From NCBI GenBank assembly GCA_013239625.1, contig MU055744.1:898355-962354 (forward strand): 64,000 nt of DNA. Direction: 5' to 3'. The notes below the pieces were generated by a model. The model searched no databases, was not told the origin of the DNA, and worked only from the letters and a program-made list of their open reading frames with translations. Source of the DNA: Lama guanicoe (Eukaryota). A program made the position numbers and the translations under genes. This document shows, piece after piece, positions 59,501 through 64,000 of this stretch (position 1 is its first letter; each line of letters opens with the position of its first letter).

Positions 59501-62500
59501 GAAGAGCGAGGTGGTGCCAGCTCCCACCCTGGCCACCGGGTCTCATTTGAGCCCCTCCCCTGAACTGCTGTGTGGCCCTGGGAAAGCCAGTTCACATCTC
59601 TGGGCCACAGCACCCCCTAGAACCCAGGCAGGGGGGAGCACATCCTCCGAGGGGCATCTCTGAAGGTCAGTGAGTGGTCGCGTGGGCCCTAGCCTGGGGT
59701 GAGATGAAGAAATGGACCTGCTTGCAGCCAAGACGAAGGCAAGTGGCCCGCGAGCCGTGCCAGGTAGGAAACCGGTGCCGGCCCCACCAGAACAGCAGGG
59801 AAGACCAGGACCCTCCAGGACTCCAGCCTCTCACTTCCCCACGGGCCTTCCACCCTGAACAGCCTGGCTCTGCCACATGGGCCAGAGCCAAAACCCAGGG
59901 ACGAGCCAGGTATGGGGCCTTCTGTCTGTCCCGGGCCGGCTCCGGGCAGCCCAGGCCTCCCTCAGCTTCCGCACGGGCCGCGTGCAGCTGAGTAGGTGTT
60001 CTCCACCCTGGACCCAGGAGGAGGGGCTGGGCCCACTGAAGCCCTCCAAATGGACAAGCCCCCACTGTCCCCAGTCTCTGTTTCCTCATCTGAAAAGGGA
60101 GTGAGCCAGTACCTCTCCCCTTTCCACCCCAAAACCCGCTGACCCAGACACCCAGGGCAGCCCAGAGCTCAGTGGTCCTGGCTCAGGCCGGGGACAAGAA
60201 GCAGGACCTGAACTGGACGCCCTCAGCGCAGCCGGGAACCACAGGGGCGCTCAGCAGGGCCCGGGCCCCACAAAGGCCAGTTTCCCGGAGACGCCCAGCA
60301 CCTGGCCCCAGCTCTCCCTCCTGGCTCCCCGCACGCTTGCCCTGAGTGCCACCACCTGCAGCCAAGACGCTGGCCCCCTCCCAGCCCACCAAGCCCAGCC
60401 CTCACCTGCCAGCCACCTGTGGTCCCCCGCCCGCCAGGCCAGGCCACCTCTTGAAAGAGAGGCCAGGAGGTGCAACCTCATGGCCAGGGTAGGCGAGAGG
60501 TCCCACCACAGGGGTGGCCCCATCACCGCCTGGCCCGCCGGCTCAGGGCCCCACGGCCTCGGGCGATGCAGGGTGGCAGATCAGCAAGCAGCAGGGGCCG
60601 CGGGGAAGAAGGCCCAGGAGGGCAGCGTCTCCGCCAGGCAGCTGGGCACCGTCCAGAGTGACTGAGTTCCCCTTTCCCAGGGCCCGCCCGGCCCACCACC
60701 CTCACCCAGACACCTGTGACCACAGGCGGCTCCCATTGGCCGAAGCCAACTGCTTCCTAAAAGAGGACAGGGACCCCAGCCTCGTTTCCTCAATCTGAGA
60801 GCGACAGTCCCAGCCTGCAAGTGGTGACCACGTGGGACCCCGGCCCAGCCCGGGGCCGGGCAGAGAGAGGAAGGGCAAGGCCTGGACCTGAACTCCAATA
60901 GGCCCCACCTCGGGCCAGCTGCCTGGCCGCGGGCAAGTCAGGTGACCTGGCTGAGCCCACTCCCCCGGCTGCGGGCTGTGGGAGGATGCGGGGATGGGGC
61001 CCACCCTCCGACACAGGGCCAGGCAGCACGCCCAGGAATGCTCTCCTCCCGATGCAAGTGCTGGTCTCAGCCCGGCCTGGGGGGCGGGAAGGGGGGCGTC
61101 CTGGGAGTGCTCGGGGCCCCACCACGCTGTCCCCCCACCCCCACCCTCCGGCAAGAGGCGTCCTGTGCACAGAGCCCTGGAGCACTGGCAGCGAGGGTCC
61201 TGCAGGAGGAGGGACGGCACGGGCCGGCGCCCAGAGGCTGGGAGTCAGGCACAGGACAGGGCTCGGCAGGCCTGGCACAGAAGAGGCAGCAGTGGAGCAG
61301 AGCCCCGACTGCCAGGACACATGGGGCAGCAACGGGGCGCGCCGGAGCCAGGGGAGGGGGCCTGGGCAGGCTGGGGGCTCTGCCTCGGAGCGGGTGTGCA
61401 GGAAGTGCAGGAGGAAGGAAGCCTTCGTGGCTCCCGGCCACCCTCCAGCCACACAACGGGGTCATTCTTCCGGGGCACAGAATGCCTTTTGTAGCCCGGC
61501 AGCCAGGGGCCCAGCCCAGGGCCAGCAGCAGGAGTGGGGGTGCAGGGGCTCCATCACATGGCCTTTAGCCCTGCTGGTCCCTGGCAGGCCAGTGTGGGGT
61601 CCTCAGTCCCCACCCCCAGGCGGCCTGAGGTCCAAGCAGCTCTGTCCCCGGGGGGCAGCCCTGTCCGGCTGCAGGGGCCGAGGCCGCTTGGACCGCTCTG
61701 AGCGGCACACACTGCTCGCACACCGTCCGCTCCCTGGCAGCGTTGGTCGCGCTGGCGGCCAGGCCAGCCCTGGACCCAAGGCAGCCGGCGCCCTCACCTG
61801 AGCACGTGGTAGCCCTGCTGCCCACTACAGCCCCGGCACTGGCTGTTGGGGCCCAGGTGGGCCGACTCCTCCTGAAGGACTCTGACAGGAGGCCAGAGGC
61901 CTCCCGCCCAGGCTGACCTGGCTGGCGGCCCAGCAGCGGCCCTGCCTCGGCCTCTCCTCCAGTGCCTCCCCCACGTGCACCCATCTGCCCGCACCGCACG
62001 CTCCGCTCGCTCCGCTCGCTGTGGGGCCGGGCAGGCCCCTTCCCTCCAGGGCCCATCCCACCCTGCCCTGCCCATGGACATCCAATCCACACTGGCCAGA
62101 ACCCCTCAAGTTTGGGGTTCAAGGATGAAGAGAGAAACCCCCAAGCATCACACTGCAGAGCAGAGGGCCCAGGACCCTGACTGCAGGGCAGGAGACGAGA
62201 CGTCCTTCCCTGAATTACCTGGCTTGGGTTTCTGCCACGTGCACGTGCCATTTTCATGACAATGACACAAACAGCCTCGGTGGCGGCGGAGGCCTGACTT
62301 TAGCAAGACCCTGGTCAGACCCAGGTTGCTGCCACCCCTCCTCCGCGTTGGCCAGGCTCCCTCATTCGCTCCTTGTCACCACTTCTAGCTCCCAGCTTGT
62401 CTGGTTCGGGGCCCGGGCAGGGATAAGCTCACCCAGCGGACAGGGGTGTGGCGAAGGCCTGTCTGTGGCCAGGATCACAGCCCAGCCCCAGTCAAAGGCT

Positions 62501-64000
62501 TTACTCCCAAGAGGCAAGCCAAGCCAACTCAGCCGTGGCTGGTGGTCAACCGTGACCCCCAGATCCTCCTCAGCCGCCCAAGAACCTGGCTGGTCAGCCA
62601 AGGGCTTGTGCTCCCAGGACAGGGCAGGGAGGTCCCCTGAGAGGTCCTCTTGGCCCTCGCCCACTGACTCACTTCATCTGTACCCAACAAGCTTCGTTAC
62701 TTGAAAGCTAACTCTTGCTGTCCTAGCTGCCAGGAAGGGAAAGGTGCTCAGCCCTGCCCCACTCGCCCTCAGCTCCACAGGTGGCAGGCGGGGCCCAGCA
62801 CTGGAGTCACCTCTTGGAGTCAACACAGACTTACCTCCTGCCTCAGCAGGGCCAGTGCAGGACCCTGGACACATCCTGGCCGGCAGCTGGCCCCAGCCCA
62901 CCAGGCTCCCTTGACCTCAGGCTCTCCCCCAGCCCCACCCCCCACAGTCCCACCTCCTCCTGTCCCGCCCTGACGTGGCTCGTGGATGTCTGGGCCCTCA
63001 GAGTGGGTCCAGCTGACCAGGCGCAGGACCTGTCCCACCGGCTGGGTGGCCTCAGGGGTGACGCAGCCCAGCACAGGCACGGCCATGACCCACCTGTGTG
63101 GCGACAACTGGGGAGGCCTCTCGCAGGACCAGGCGCTGGGAAGCACCAGCCCCTGCCGCGCCCGCCTCCGTGAGCACACATGAGCCACATCCGTGTGGGT
63201 CGGGCAGCCTGCAAGTCCGAGCTGGGCACTGCCGCCCGGGGGGGTCTCACCAACCAGGCCCTGCCCTGCGGGACTCAAGCATTTAGCAAGCACCAAGAGT
63301 GTGCTGGGTGCTGAGCCAAGTCTCAAGCAGCAGCGTGTGCTGCCTCTGGGTGGGCACAAAAGTGTGGGGGGATCACCTGGAGGGGGTGCCGGCTCCCAAG
63401 GGGCTGAGCCAGCTCCGACCAGCTCATGGACATGTCTCTTCCCAATCAGCGTTTAGCGACATCACATCAGTAGCAGGAAGTCGGCCACGGCGCAAGCGTC
63501 TACCCCACAAAAAATAGGAAAAGCACATATCACACCCCCAGAGCCCAGAGACGCAGGGCCGCCCCCACCCAGCCTGGCTTCCCCCAGACGCAACGGCAGG
63601 GTCTCTCCCTTGCCCCCAGCACCCCTCAGCCTGAGACCTACTGTTCCTTCCTTGCCCAGACCCCACCTCTGGTCTGCCCTGCCAGTCCAGCAACATCCCA
63701 GGTGTTGGCCCAGGGGTCCCCCTGGGCAGACGGGCCCGAGCAGCCTCCTGCCACCCTCTCGGACCTCTCCCGCCAGCTGTCCGCGATCTGCCTCAGTGCC
63801 CAGCTCCTGGCCCTCAGGAGGCCCCCCAGCCCTGCCGCCACCCCCCTGCCTTCCCCAGGCCTCACCCTCCCTGTTAAGGCGCTGGAGGCTGGAGCCCGGG
63901 CCCTGGCCAGCGCCGCCAGAGCCCAGTCAAAAACAACACACACACACACCCAGCCCTCAGCTTCCTTCCTCCCCGTACGGCCGGCAGTGAGAGAGCAGCA

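Larger units (their letters stand above)
47414..64000 (-). other. RXRA: RXRA intron 1 (3' part; exon 1 and main promoter lie beyond the window)
   Basis: No MDTKHFLPL-type exon 1 found. Exon 2 starts in phase 1. Confidence 0.85.

Noticed and set aside
47414-64000. Intronic miRNA or alternative first exons of RXRA
   Set aside because: Several donor-like motifs and GC hairpins exist, but none can be singled out without transcript data.

Overview
GC-rich eutherian (mammalian) genomic DNA carrying the retinoid X receptor alpha gene (RXRA/NR2B1) on the minus strand. Exons 2-10 map with canonical GT-AG boundaries (47413 down to the TAG stop at 23106-23108) and total 1376 coding nt. With the usual 28-nt exon 1, which is not in this window, this gives a 467-aa protein. 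About 16.6 kb of intron 1 lies at 47414-64000, a roughly 3.6-kb 3'UTR at about 19470-23105, and about 19 kb of downstream intergenic DNA at 1-19470. Only ancient repeats are recognisable (MIR, L2, L1MC, Tigger1, MER33, MER5, MER21, MLT1); I saw no young SINEs, so the species cannot be named. Three short N-gaps lie in very GC-rich parts of the gene. The most notable observations are: (1) a near-full-length, normally AT-rich Tigger1 transposon rewritten into a CpG-island-like sequence; (2) K201E/R202Q changes in the near-invariant GMKREAVQ T-box, real or artefactual, plus mostly AT-to-GC amino-acid changes elsewhere; (3) a 47-bp near-perfect inverted repeat in intron 4; (4) a perfect DR1 element next to an ETS site in RXRA intron 1. 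I found no convincing wholly new biological system. Almost all ORFs in the supplied track are GC-content artefacts. Repeat family calls and orthologue comparisons are from recalled consensus and protein sequences, not from database searches.
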